Source: Styela clava
Lineage: Eukaryota
Length of the DNA: 64,000 nucleotides
Direction: 5' to 3'
Assembly: GCF_964204865.1 (NCBI RefSeq)
Contig: NC_135258.1
Coordinates: forward strand, 6,386,001 to 6,450,000
Shown: piece after piece, positions 52,650 to 64,000 of the stretch
Layout: each line of letters opens with the position of its first letter
Position numbering within the stretch: position 1 is the stretch's first letter
Notes under the pieces: model-generated
The model's input: only the letters and a program-made list of their open reading frames with translations
What the model was told of the DNA's origin: nothing
Databases searched by the model: none
Made by a program: the position numbers and the translations under genes

Positions 52650-55600
52650 TGTAATAATATTTCTACCCTCGATTTCGGTTCTTGCTTGATCGGGGTCTTA
52701 GCTGGAATTTTCAAACTTCCCTCAGACTGATTGCTGCTGAGTGGCTGATCAGCAATCTCTGCTTTGTTGGCCGAGTTTGAATGTTCTCTAGTAGTTGGTG
52801 GTTTAGGTGAGTTCCATTTGAACACATTCTTCTCTCTTCCCATCAAAGGTGTTTCTGGTACTTTGTTCTCAACATTGGTTGTGGTGGAAGGTTCCACATA
52901 TGGTAAGGCTGGCAAGCTTTCACGCAAATGAATTCGGTCGCGTTTCACCTGATGTTGCTCATTTCGATGTTATATGAACGATCATTCTTCTTTGAGATCA
53001 CTTTCGCAGGAATCCCCATATCTTTTGCTTTATCAAACATTTTCACATCTTGTCCATTGTGAAAAGGCGGTAAACTTTTTGTGTGTTCATCAGCATATTG
53101 CTTTTGTACATCAGTACTATGTTTCACTCTGTATTTGTAGATTTGTGGAACAGTATTGTCTGAATGACAAGGCAATAATGTTGAAATTCGTCTTCCGAAC
53201 AGAAGTTCTGCTGGGCTTGGTAATACATTGTCAATCGGTGTTGCACGGACATTTAGAAGTGCTGCATCTGTATCTCCTCTGGATTTGATGCACTTTTTGA
53301 TAATGGGTTTAATATATTGAATTTGTCGTTCGATAAAACCATTGCTCTGTGGGTTTCTAGCTGTACTGGTTGTATGAGTCATTCCCCAGGCTTCACAAAA
53401 TTTATCATATTTGCTTAAAAAGCACGGTCCATTGTCTGTGACAATCTCTCTCACAGTTCCAAACATGGACAATATTTCTTTGGTTTTAGAAACCACATAT
53501 TCCGCTTTCATTGAATTTAATTCTTTTACAACAGGGTACCTGCTGTAGTAATCAGATATTATCAAGAAAATTCTACCTTGAATTTCGAACAAGTCTGAAC
53601 CAAGCTTGACCCATGGATGTGATGGTCGTTCATGCATAATCATTGGTTCTTTTGTTTGCTGTGGTTGTAGTTCTTGACAATATTCACATGACTTGCAAAT
53701 ATTTTCAATATCTTTGTATATTCTTGGCCAATATACGCAATCTCGTGCAAGTCTACGAGTTTTTTCGATACCTTGATGACCATGGTGCAATTGTTGTAGA
53801 ATTGTTAATCGGATATGTTCTGGAATAAGTACTTGCTTACCCTTAAATATTATTCCATTTTCAATAGCTAATTCATCTCTGAAGTTCCAAAAGTCTCTTA
53901 TTGCAATTGGTACTTCTTTTATCTCATCAGGCCATCCTTCATAAATCATCTGACTCAAAGATTTTAAAGCAGGATCACGAAGAGTTTCTTCCCTGATCTG
54001 AGCTTGTTTGTTGAAGGAAAAATTCAACATATCAATTTCCACATTTAAAGATTCGCATATGATAGTCTCTATTCGACTGTCTAGTTCAATGTCATCACTT
54101 TTATCAGTGTTTGGCAACCTTGATAGTGTATCTGCAAGTATCATCTCTTTACCTGGACGATATTTTACCACAAAATCATATCTTTGAATTTTTGTTATCA
54201 TCCTTTGCAGTCATGGTGGTGCAGAATGAATAGGCTTTTTAAAAATCATTTCCAACGGCTTATGGTCAGTTATTACAGTAAAATCTTTGCCATAAAGATA
54301 GTGGTGAAATCTCTGGATACCATGAACAACTGCTAATTATTCACGTTCAATATTGCAGTAACTAGATTGAGTATTTGACAAAGATTTGCTTGCAAATGCT
54401 ACAGCTCCATGCTTCTATACAAATGCTGCTCCAAGTCCTCTCATGGATCCATCAACTTTCAAATTCACTGGCAATTTCGGATCGTAGTATTGCAATCCAA
54501 AGTTAGACGCGACCATTTCTTTTACTTCATCAAATACTTTTTGATGGTCTCTGTCCCATTGAAACGAAATATCTTTCTTTAATAAGTCTCCGAGTATTTC
54601 AGATTTCTCAGATAAATTTGGCAAATGACATGCCAGAAATGTTGCCATTCCCATGAATTTTGTAGCTCTTGTTTATCTCGGGGCGTTGGCATTTTTATAA
54701 TGTCCTCCACTTTTTTAGGATCTGGCAAAACTCCTTTATCGGTGTATATTCCTCCGAAAAATGAAATTTTGTTTGTTTTGAACACACATTTTTGTGAATT
54801 CAACATAAGACCTTCTTTTCGTGCCACTTCCATGAAGTGCGATAGTCGTTTGTCATGTTCGGCCTCAGTTGAACCATGAATAACAATATCATCAGATATT
54901 CCAACACATCCTTCACATTGTTCAATTATTGCATCCATTCTTTTCTGGAAAAAATCTTGGCTTACATTCAAACCAAATGGTAGTCGAAGAAAGCAAAATC
55001 GTCCACACATTGTTCTGAATGTGGTTAATTCCTGCGAACTAGGCGCAAGTGTGATGCTCCAGTATCCAGCTTTTGCATCCAGTTTTGTAAAATATTTCGA
55101 TTTTGTGAATTCAGGAGTAACTTTCTCTATCGTTGGAATTTTGTGTGGGAATCTTTTTAAAGCCTGGTTAAGCTTTCTGGGGTCCAAGCACATTCTCAGA
55201 CTTCCATCTTGTTTCACTGCATAAGTGAGTGATGAACACCAGTCTGTGTACTGGGTGACTTTTCTGATGATTCCGATATTTTCCATTTCATCAAGTTCTG
55301 CTCTTATTTTGTCACGCAGATGTATTGCCACTCTTCTTGGAGGATCAATGAATGGTTCAGCATCTTTTTTCAAATGCAATGTTTCTTCTCCATGGAAACA
55401 TCCATTTTTATCAAGCAATCAGGATACACTCGCTTCAAATCTTCGACTGTATTAATTTTTGTTTGCATCAGCATATTTTTGCTCGATGGGTTCTGTCTGC
55501 ATCATATTTTCGCAGATATCAATTTTGGCATCCTTTGTATTTGATTTAATTTGGTCAATATTTAGTCTCACAAGATCAAACAACTTGCATGTTGGAAGAC

Positions 55601-55886
55601 CTAATATCGCTGGTCCTGATACATCAACAATATAGAATTTTTGTTTTCTGTAAGCGTCTTGTTTTGCTTTTTTGATTTTCAGTAATATCGACCCATGGCA
55701 CTTTATGTTTGCGCCAGGATATCCTGAAAGTTTTACCTTTGGTTCTGGTGTTAAAACTTGTCTGGTAGGACGTGTCCCAAACATTTGTTTATATACTCTC
55801 ATTGGTAAAGTATTTCCACCAGCACCTGTATCGACCTTCAATCTTAGTGGTCCTTCAACATACGGGTTATCATACAGAACATGCAT
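52650..55886 (-). pseudogene. pol (PR-RT-RH-IN), frameshifted
   Basis: ORF pieces 55886-55452, 55418-54579, 54654-54415, 54201-52945, 52948 onward. Confidence 0.92.
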
Positions 55887-55982
55887 TGTTGTGTAGGCTT
55901 CATTCGAATTTAATTTTTAAAGGATAAATCACTTATTTTGATATGGCTGAATTGATTTGTCTGGCAATCATCATTGTTGTCA

Positions 55983-56815
55983 TCATTGCACTGTAATTTC
56001 AGTTCGTCTTGTTTTCTTTTTGTAATCTCGTTTCCAGCTTTGTTTTGACGATTTCTGGTATTGATGACTTACACCTTTATTTTTGTTTTGTTTAGCAAAT
56101 CGATTTGTATGCTGTTTTTTGTTGCGGCACATTCTCTTCCAATTGCCCTTTTTACCACATGCATTACATATGTCATTATAAGCAGGGCAATCCCGTGGTA
56201 GATGCTTCAATCACAGCGAAAGCAATCTTTCGACCCAAACCTTATTCTGTCCATTCTTGTTTCTGATGTCCCCATTCTTGAGATTGATGTTTGAGATGAT
56301 TGAACAGCTTCGTATTCTCTTCCTTTTTCAAGAACATCTTTAATTGAATGACCTTTAGGTTTAGACAATAATTCTTTGCGAAAATCATCTATTGGCGTCG
56401 ACAATAGTATTAATTCTATCAAGCGTTCATTTAATTCATCAACTGTGAATTCACACCTAGAAGCTTTGTCCCGCATTCTTGTTATAAATTCGGTTATAGT
56501 TTCCTCCGGCTTTTGTCGTAGTTGTGCAAATTCTAGTCTGTGCACACGATAGCTTATTTTGACAGTGGCGTCAACCTGGCTTTCAAGAAGGTTCCAGATT
56601 TCGACTGGATTTTTCCTTTCTTCTTCAGTGAGTCCAGAATTCAGCACACGTCTCATTCCTTCGTCTCCTATAGCAATACATATTTTAACAGCTTTTTTGG
56701 CATTTGATGTGACTTCATTATCTTCAAGGAAAAGATTCATTCTAGCTTTAAATGCTTTGAAAGATTCGGCAAGTGGCTTGTAATGCCAGTCCATCATGGG
56801 CATTTTGCTCGACAT
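55983..56815 (-). pseudogene. gag with Cys/His knuckles, frameshifted near 56208
   Basis: MSSKMPMMDW...LRQKPEETITEFITRMRDKASRCEF...CFRCD/KHLPRDCPAYNDICNACGKKGNWKRMC. Confidence 0.88.
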
Positions 56816-56990
56816 GTTAGTTTCTTTCCAAAATTGACATCTACCCTCAGGCACACTTAGTCACACAAAGTTTTTTTATTATTGCTATTTTTGTAACTAC
56901 CGGCAGGCTCCAGTACCGGTAACGGTATCCGCATATGCAGCTATCAGACTACGAGTTTCTTTTTGTTTCTTTGTTGGTTTTAGTTTATCA

Positions 56991-57006
56991 CCAACCGCTG
57001 CCACCA
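56991..57006 (-). promoter_or_regulatory. Primer-binding site, tRNA-Leu-like
   Basis: Minus strand TGGTGGCAGCGGTTGG immediately inside the 5' LTR; complementary to the recalled tRNA-Leu 3' end ...ACCGCUGCCACCA. Confidence 0.8.
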
Positions 57007-57221
57007 TGTAATAATATTTCTACCCTTGATTTCTATACCGGAGTGTAGAATATTATTCAGAATAAACTCGATATTTTAGAGTACTGTGTTTACTTCATGA
57101 ACCAAAAAAACAAGATACATTGTATACACTAGGGGCAGGCCAGAGCAAGATATTAACTGCATGAAAGGTCATGAACTCAGGCACTGAATTAAATCAACAT
57201 AAAATATGCAATATCACTACA
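57007..57221 (-). repeat. 5' LTR, 215 bp
   Basis: TG...CA ends with imperfect terminal inverted repeats TGTAATAATATT/TGTAGTGATATT. Only 27 bp of the 3' LTR remain (52650-52676). Confidence 0.9.
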
Positions 57222-58454
57222 GTAAGGTGGTTTACGTCACTGCTTGTCGGTTACGGCTTCCTATACGATTAACTCCATGCATTCTGAAACAATTACAACT
57301 GGCTAACTGATCCCATACCCGACGTCGACCGGCAACCAGACGAGAGTCCATGGTTCGCCATATGATTAATCCGTATAATCGGCTTTGCCCCCTCCCCCTC
57401 TCGGCATGAATATGTAAATCCTATTCTTACCCAGGGTAGTTATGAAATGTCTACGTTCTAATGTCCTTACTAAATATGCAAGGCCCGTCCGACCCTAATA
57501 AATGGCGATGTCCGCAATATCCTTATTAAAATGGCTATGCCACAAATAAAATGTTGATGTCGACCATGACCCTGCTAAAATGGCTATGCCCTGTGATTCT
57601 ATGTGACTCCTTTTTGTATTTTTTATTGGTTGATTGTAAAATAAGGGAGAATTTTTTCGGGGTCAAGGGTCGAGTTGTGAGGTTTTTTTCCGCGTTTTAA
57701 AAATTAATTCGCAAATGAAATACAGTCAACTCATAAACTGGCAAAACCATCGGTACGTTTTAATAAATGAAAAATGAGTAAATATGCATGAAGATGTATA
57801 CTGAGGTCAAAACTTAAAGGTCGGGGTCGAAGGGTAAAAAATCTATATATACCATATTTTTCATTTCCAAGCGCAGCTTCAATCTAATATTAATATTAGT
57901 ATAACAGTATAAATATGTATTTCTGTAGAATAGATGCCTATCACACTTTTTCAAGAACTTTGTATACGGTACTTACAAATACCAATGTTTATAATAAATC
58001 TATATAAGTCTATAATAAATATTAAATTTTAAGCACAGATTGTAAAAAAACTAAAACTGTGGCGGGAAACTCGCCATGCGACGGCGGTTAACGGGCCGGT
58101 TAATGAACTGCACGAAGGCTCTTCTTGTAATGGGAGATGGAAAGGTGGCTGTTTCACATTCAACTTCAATAGCGAGGATAAATATATCAAATTAAATGTG
58201 TTTGGTTAGAATACTGTGCAGGGGATAACAAAGTGACAGGAAAAGGTGACAGGTACGGTACCGAAAGGCATACCGGTACCGTACGGTACTCGACACGCAA
58301 AGGATGTCTCAACTTATCATTTTCATCTAAGCATGCTATCATATTAATCGATTGTGTGAGCACTAAATCAATAGTATACAATCTAACCTAGTTAGTTACG
58401 AAGTTTTATCCCGCTACCGGCAGTCTCATTTATTCTAAACAGCCGTTGGATGCG

Positions 58455-58910
58455 AGCTCGAGAGAGAGAGAGAGAGCTAACTCGCTATGTCTATTTTTTT
58501 ATATTTGTTGATCGACATCGCGAGAAAGAGAGAGAGGGCTAACTCGCCATGTCTATTTTCTTTATATTTGTTGATCGGCATCGCGAGAGAGAGAGAGGGC
58601 TAACTTGCGATATCTTTTTTTTATATTCGTTGATTGACATCGCGAGTTCGGGAGAGAGAGAGGGCTAACTTGCGATATCTTTTTTTTATATTCGTTGATT
58701 GACATCGCGAGTTCGAGAGAGAGAGAGAGGGCTAACTCGCCATTGGCCATGTCTATTTTCCTGATATTTGTTGATCGACCTCTCGACTTAGAGAGAGAGG
58801 GCTAACTTGCCATGTCTATTTTCCTTATATTTGTTGATCGACATCGCGAGTTCGGGAGAGAGTTACTCGACAATCGCCATGTCTATTTTCTTTATATTTG
58901 TTGATCGACA
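58455..58910. repeat. Tandem repeat, ~55-65 bp unit containing (GA)n, about 8 copies
   Basis: Unit GCTAACTCGCCATGTCTATTTTCTTTATATTTGTTGATCGACATCGCGAG(TTCG)(GA)n. Confidence 0.9.
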
Positions 58911-59277
58911 AGGTTTCAGCCTTCGAGTCAGAATTTCTTTTTATCAGAAGTACCGGTACGGTACAGTATATAAGTATAACCGGTACACGAGTACCGTACC
59001 GGTACTGTCCGCAAGTTGTGAACGATGTAAATTTGACTGGCGGTACTAGTGTTATAGGGAGAAGAGACCCAATAGTGACAACCTTATAGAAGAGACCTTA
59101 TAGTATAAGACCCAACGGGAATACGGTACTGTCCAAAGTAAATCAAGCGTCGTGCATGGTAGCCGATATCGAAACTTAGACACAACACATGCCTTCATTA
59201 ACCAGTTATCTATAAATTTGTGATGTAACAATGTGCATGTGCTCAAGTCTGCAAGTCGGTTCTTTGCGTAAATAAAA

Positions 59278-59629
59278 GGATAACATTTAAGATTTACATA
59301 TTTATCCCGGGGGAGAGGAAAGACGATAACACGACTTAACCATATAGCGAACCACAGCCTCTCGTCCGGTTACCATACCATTCCAAGTCGGGTATGGGAT
59401 TAGTTAGTTATTCGCTTTTCGGAAGCATGGACTTGATGGTGTAGGAAGCCGTAACCGACCAGCGGTTACGTGAACCACCCTACAGGCTACAGCAGCGAGG
59501 AGTCCAGCAATCCTCTCGCACCTAACCATCCCGCATGAGATTCGAACCTGTGAACCCACGCAGAGTAATTAGAGGTGCGGTGGGGAGCGTATTCCTAACG
59601 CTTAGCATGATGAGCCACACCACCGCGCC
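59278..59629 (-). mobile_element. tRNA-derived SINE family A, near full-length
   Basis: Minus strand GGCGCGGTGGTGTGGCTCATCATGCTAAGCG...GGTTCGAATC (pol III A/B boxes) ... GGATAAATATGTAAATC; several copies in the window. Confidence 0.8.
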
Positions 59630-60424
59630 AAATGACATTTATATTTCATGTTCCGGTGTGTGTGTTTGCATTGCATCTCCAGTTGAATGTTTATAATTTA
59701 TTATATTAGAGCTTAGAATCTCTGACTTAGGCTGTGCACCACTCGTATAGCATTTCATCAATTGTATACCCTACTTGTTGTCCGGTAGGTAGCCTATACA
59801 CTTGGGTACCGTATACTGTAGCTATCTATACCGGTACCTGGTTAAAGAACACTGCTCTAAGCGATTCTGTTATTGCTGTGTCACCCAGTTCAGCAGTTAT
59901 ATTACAGTGCGCCACACTATACAGATCGAGGGACATTGTCTCGTTTCCAAAAATTCCATTTTGCTGATGAACAAACACCCCTCCTTTGAGAGACATTGTT
60001 GTCCCTCAATATCTGTAAAAATCGGCAATCATGGCGTGATATGGCGCATCTGCCATCGTGCCAGACGGTAGACGCCCCTCGTTTGTGAGACACTTGGAGT
60101 GTTTGTTTTATTGAACCAAATGACGAGACATTAGTAGTTTATTTTTAAAACTCCATAACACACACAAATTAAAAATGGAGAATTCTGGAAAGCAAGCAAA
60201 ACCTTTAAAGAAGTTCTTGAATTTTGGGTAGTGTGCCCTACTGTATTTAGATATTGGTTGAGGGTAGCCTAACGTTAAACAAACATAGAGTAACCAAAGA
60301 GAAAAAATAAAGTTAGTGCCCATAGACTCACCAGATTCTATTAATGCAGTAATGACCATTTCTCTGTTTCTAACCTTTACTCTTATTTCAGTACGATATA
60401 TTAGTTTACTTTAAATTTTTGATA

Positions 60425-61870
60425 ATGGCTGTTGCCAAATTAGAAGCAGTGGAGTGCATACTCGAATCACCAGACAAAAGCATGAAAACAGAAAATCTTT
60501 TCATCGAAGAAGAAATGAAATATTATTTTAGTGAAAAAAACAAAGTGAACACTTTAAATCCACAGAAAGGTAAAATTTATGGAAAAATCTTCTCTGAGTC
60601 ACAGTATCTTGAAACCTATATGTTAACCCACAGCAAAGAAAAAAAGAATTACGAATGTGGGAATACCTACAGGCATATAAGTTATCATAACTCTGAATTT
60701 CATGGAAGGAATAGAACTGAAGCTAATACAGACTGTCACCATGAATGTTGTTATTGCAAGGAGAGGTTCAAAAGTCATATATTTTTGGCACAACATCTGA
60801 AAATGCATATGAAACCACGCAAATGTAAAATATGTGGGAAAATTTATTCAAAGTTAGAGAATTTTAAAGTTCATATGATCATGCATGGTGGTGGACAACA
60901 GAACAATATTGGGAAAAGAAAAATTATTGAAGATACAAATCTTTCCAACTCCAGCAAAAAGTCAAATTTTATTGCCGAGCCCGCACTAATTTTCACAAAT
61001 GAAAAAGTAGCTGGTTTGCATAGTAAAAATTCTGCAATTGAATCTAATACCGACTTCTGGCATGAGTGTTGTTTCTGTGGTATGAGTTTCGAGAGTCCTC
61101 ACTTTTTAACTCAGCATTTAAGAGTGCATACAACACCACATAAGTGTGACGTATGTGGGAAAATGTACGAGGGACCGCTACAACTCAAATTGCATATGCT
61201 TGTTCATAAAGGTAAAGATAGGAAGACGTACTGGGATGAAATTTTCCAAAAAGTAAGGAATAGGAGGCTATTGATCTTGAAACAAAAGGTTGCTATTCCC
61301 CGAACTACCGTTGCGAATGAGAAATGTTTTCAGAATGACCCGCATGGTAGAGAATTAATTGAAGGTAGTGCTGACTGTCGACATAGATGCTGCTACTGTG
61401 AAAAGATGTTCCATAGTCATTTGCTTCTTGCACAACATTTAAGAACACATACAAAACCACGGAAGTGTGAAGTTTGTGGGAAAACATTTGCCAAACTACA
61501 AAATCTAAAAGATCATATGCTCATTCATACTGGTAAAAATATTGACGCACGAGTTCTGCATAATATGAGTGATTCGGCCACTGATGGAATCTCACAAGAA
61601 TGTGCAGGGTTGAATAGATTTTCTACTGGGACAAATATTCCAATTCAGAAAGCTTGTGAATTACATGGTGAAAACCATTCAACTGATTCTAATAATGGAC
61701 GTTTTCATGATTGTTGTTTGTGTGCTAAGAAGTTCACAAGCCCTTACCTTTTGGCAAAGCATTTAAGGGAACATACGAGACAAAAAAAATGTAAAATTTG
61801 TGGGAAGATATTCAGGCGTCCAGATTATCTTAAATCTCATTTGCTTACTCACAGCGGTGAAAAGCCGTAA
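60425..61870 (+). CDS. C2H2 zinc-finger protein exon (481 aa from ATG 60425; 8 fingers in 4 pairs)
   Basis: Polypyrimidine tract and CAG acceptor at 60389-60391. Eight C-x2-C-x12-H-x3-H motifs. Ends at HSGEKP*. Confidence 0.88.
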   Translation: MAVAKLEAVECILESPDKSMKTENLFIEEEMKYYFSEKNKVNTLNPQKGKIYGKIFSESQYLETYMLTHSKEKKNYECGNTYRHISYHNSEFHGRNRTEANTDCHHECCYCKERFKSHIFLAQHLKMHMKPRKCKICGKIYSKLENFKVHMIMHGGGQQNNIGKRKIIEDTNLSNSSKKSNFIAEPALIFTNEKVAGLHSKNSAIESNTDFWHECCFCGMSFESPHFLTQHLRVHTTPHKCDVCGKMYEGPLQLKLHMLVHKGKDRKTYWDEIFQKVRNRRLLILKQKVAIPRTTVANEKCFQNDPHGRELIEGSADCRHRCCYCEKMFHSHLLLAQHLRTHTKPRKCEVCGKTFAKLQNLKDHMLIHTGKNIDARVLHNMSDSATDGISQECAGLNRFSTGTNIPIQKACELHGENHSTDSNNGRFHDCCLCAKKFTSPYLLAKHLREHTRQKKCKICGKIFRRPDYLKSHLLTHSGEKP

Positions 61871-62752
61871 AAATGTGATTGATGTGACAAGATATTTTTT
61901 GCATACCAGTGTAGTAAACCAGTAAAAGTGAACTTGGTAGTTCATTTAAGAAGTGTTATCATTGTCAATAAATGACCCAGATAGGCAGCCACTTAAAGAT
62001 GCACACTCACAATGGTGGAAAGCCATAAAAATGTGATTGATGTGACAAGAGATTATTTGCATACCAGTAATAAAAGTGAACTTGATATTTTATTTAAGAA
62101 GTGTTTTCATTGTAAATTTTCATTGCAATGGAGGTGCTTTGACTCCCATACTAAGTTGAAAATACTTTTAAAAAACAACATTGGCACTGTGGCAGTTTGA
62201 TAAGACGAAGTACAGTATTCATCTGTTATTTTTTTCTCTTATAAGCTTTGAATAAATTTTTTTCTTTGTTATTGTATGCCAAGCTCATTTCAATATTTGA
62301 ATATATTTTAATTTCGAAAACATTTATCAAATAAATTTGACTCCTTGACATTAAAAAATGTCTCTGTTGAAGAAGAAACAAGTAGGTATATGTTGGGTAT
62401 TCAATAGTGAAGTAACTTTAACTTTTAACTTTATTTCGACTGAGTATCAAATTATTTTGTTTTGGCCATTATTAGTATCATCTCGAGGAAAGCTCAAAAC
62501 CTGCTTGTCACATTCTGTGCTGTGTTTGTTTCTAGTTCTAGTTGATAATAAAATAATTTTTATATTAGTGTATCATATTTTCCCAAATATTGAAATGGAT
62601 GATAATTCACTACACCATAATGCCAAACAAGAAGAATTATTTGATGCTTTTTTCATGCCTTTTTGCTCTGAACAAGGCCTTATATAAGCAGCACTGGTAT
62701 CTGACAATATGTAAGCAGCTACCATCATTCGGTAGAACAAGAGTCTTTTGGG

Positions 62753-62859
62753 TTCAGCATTGCCCTTCTGTTTCAGCATTGCCTTTCTGTTTCAGCATTG
62801 CCTTCCTGTTTCAGCAATGCCCTTCTGTTTCAGCATTGCCTTTCTGTTTCAGCATTGCC
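62753..62859. repeat. 19-bp tandem repeat TTCAGCATTGCCYTYCTGT, about 5.5 copies
   Basis: Directly visible. Confidence 0.9.
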
Positions 62860-63786
62860 TGCCCAATTTATAACGCCTATGTGGGAATTGTGGACATGGG
62901 ATTCGAATTATTCATTTTTATTTCCATACTTGGCAAGAAAGTTTGAAAGTAATCCTAACAAAATTGATAATGTTAAAAACTGTGTTTGTACATACATGCT
63001 TGTCATATGCATGTGCTTCAGTCAATGTACCCCTACTATGATGTACTACTATTATTTGGAAAGAATAGAATCTTTCCAGTTCAGCAATTCCTACCCAATT
63101 TATTACACCCGGCAGGTTGGCTTGGGATTTGAAAATAATCTTAACATTATGGCAGACTTGATAATGTTAAAATTTTTGTACTGCACATACATGTACCTGT
63201 TTGTGTTTCAATCAATATACAAATGTACTGAACATGCAAAAGTGTTTTGGCTATTATGGTGTTTGAGAATATTTTTAATGCGAACATCTTTTTCTTTCTT
63301 CATAATTGTCATATTTTGCGGGGACGGTCTGTGTTAGCTAGGTGAATATATGGCCGCACGCAGGTGAATCATTCAGATTACTGGAAAAATATTAGTAAAA
63401 ATTCATGAACCAGACGGTAAAAATTTTGGTGATCTCGTGTTATTTGCGGCGCATGAAATAAGAATATGGATAAGGTAACAACTACTATATAATAAAATTC
63501 ATGAACTAGACGGTATCCGCAAAATTTCTAGTAACGCTTCGTTCTTAACTTTAATTTCCCGCGCGTGAAGGCTGCCGTTAGAGTAAATTATAACATTATT
63601 AAATATTTATGGAAGCGAAGCGCCGGAATGAGACGGAATAAGCTGATTTAAATATTACTTATCTATATCATCAAACAATGTTGCACAGAGGCCATTTTAT
63701 AATCTTAGCAGTTAAATCCTCAAGCTTCTCAAATTACATATATCGCATCCAACCCCACTGTAACGTGTAATCGATTCAACAGGAAA

Positions 63787-63990
63787 TGCCGAAGCGGTTC
63801 AATCGTTAGACCCAGCCGTGTTGGCATCGCAGATTCCACATCACTGGTTCAATTCCTATGACCTCGGCCAGAGTGTATTAAATTGAGTGAGCAATGCGAA
63901 ACTAGAAAGATTCCGGTTCTGCAAAGTGATGGCAACTGGTTTAATATCAGGGCTGCTTGTATATGACCTTGTTTAGTGGGAACGGCGTGA
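63787..63990 (+). mobile_element. Second tRNA-derived SINE-like family (B)
   Basis: A-box-like GCCGAAGCGGTT and B-box GGTTCAATTCC. The core TTGGCATCGCAGATTxCACATC is shared with intron-2 copies (~10890, 23565, 34335, 45015) and 14130-14210 (minus). Confidence 0.5.
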
Positions 63991-64000
63991 ATAAGTGTCG

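Larger units (their letters stand above)
52650..57221 (-). mobile_element. Degraded Ty3/Gypsy LTR retrotransposon, Mag-clade-like
   Basis: 5-bp TSD GTAAG (52645-52649, 57222-57226). gag with two Zn-knuckle-like motifs, then PR (KVDTGA), RT (KLDAKAGYW, LPFGL, ISDD), RNase H, and IN (HHCC; DLF, TDNG, E) in Gypsy order. Several frameshifts and stops. Confidence 0.95.
52510..57430 (+). mobile_element. SINE family A copy split by the LTR retrotransposon (52510-52649 plus 57222-57430)
   Basis: The left part has A/B-box-like GGTGTGGCGAATCGTGG...GGTGCGAATCC. The right part continues the family consensus directly after the TSD. Confidence 0.85.

Noticed and set aside
59540-59629. tRNA gene
   Set aside because: A/B boxes are present, but I see no cloverleaf and it continues into a multi-copy SINE body.
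62358-63337. Several 100-180 aa ORFs
   Set aside because: Low-complexity AT-rich sequence overlapping a 19-bp tandem repeat; no domain signal.

Overview
AT-rich eukaryotic DNA with spliceosomal introns and dense transposon content. It is most likely an ascidian (Styela-like); this is inferred from the peptide family below. The main content is not visible in the ORF track. It is a tandem array of four + strand genes (about 9.1-47.1 kb), each with four coding exons that splice in phase. Each encodes a signal peptide, a Trp-initial cationic amphipathic peptide, and a long acidic C-terminal piece. They resemble styelin antimicrobial-peptide precursors but carry a roughly three-fold longer propiece. 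Copies 1, 3 and 4 are intact (157, 163, 163 aa). Copy 2 has a TAA right at the end of the cationic domain. Copies 3 and 4 lie in a recent ~10.7 kb tandem duplication. Between the copies, on the minus strand, are two fibrinogen-related-domain exons and a duplicated small signal-peptide ORF. Mobile elements: a degraded CR1/L2-group LINE split by a Helentron-type non-autonomous element; an intact Buster-type hAT transposon nested in an Ac-like MITE; many hAT MITEs; two tRNA-derived SINE families; and a degraded Mag-like Ty3/Gypsy element inserted in a SINE. A C2H2 zinc-finger exon with four paired-finger modules lies near the right end. All coordinates were read by hand; no database searches were run.
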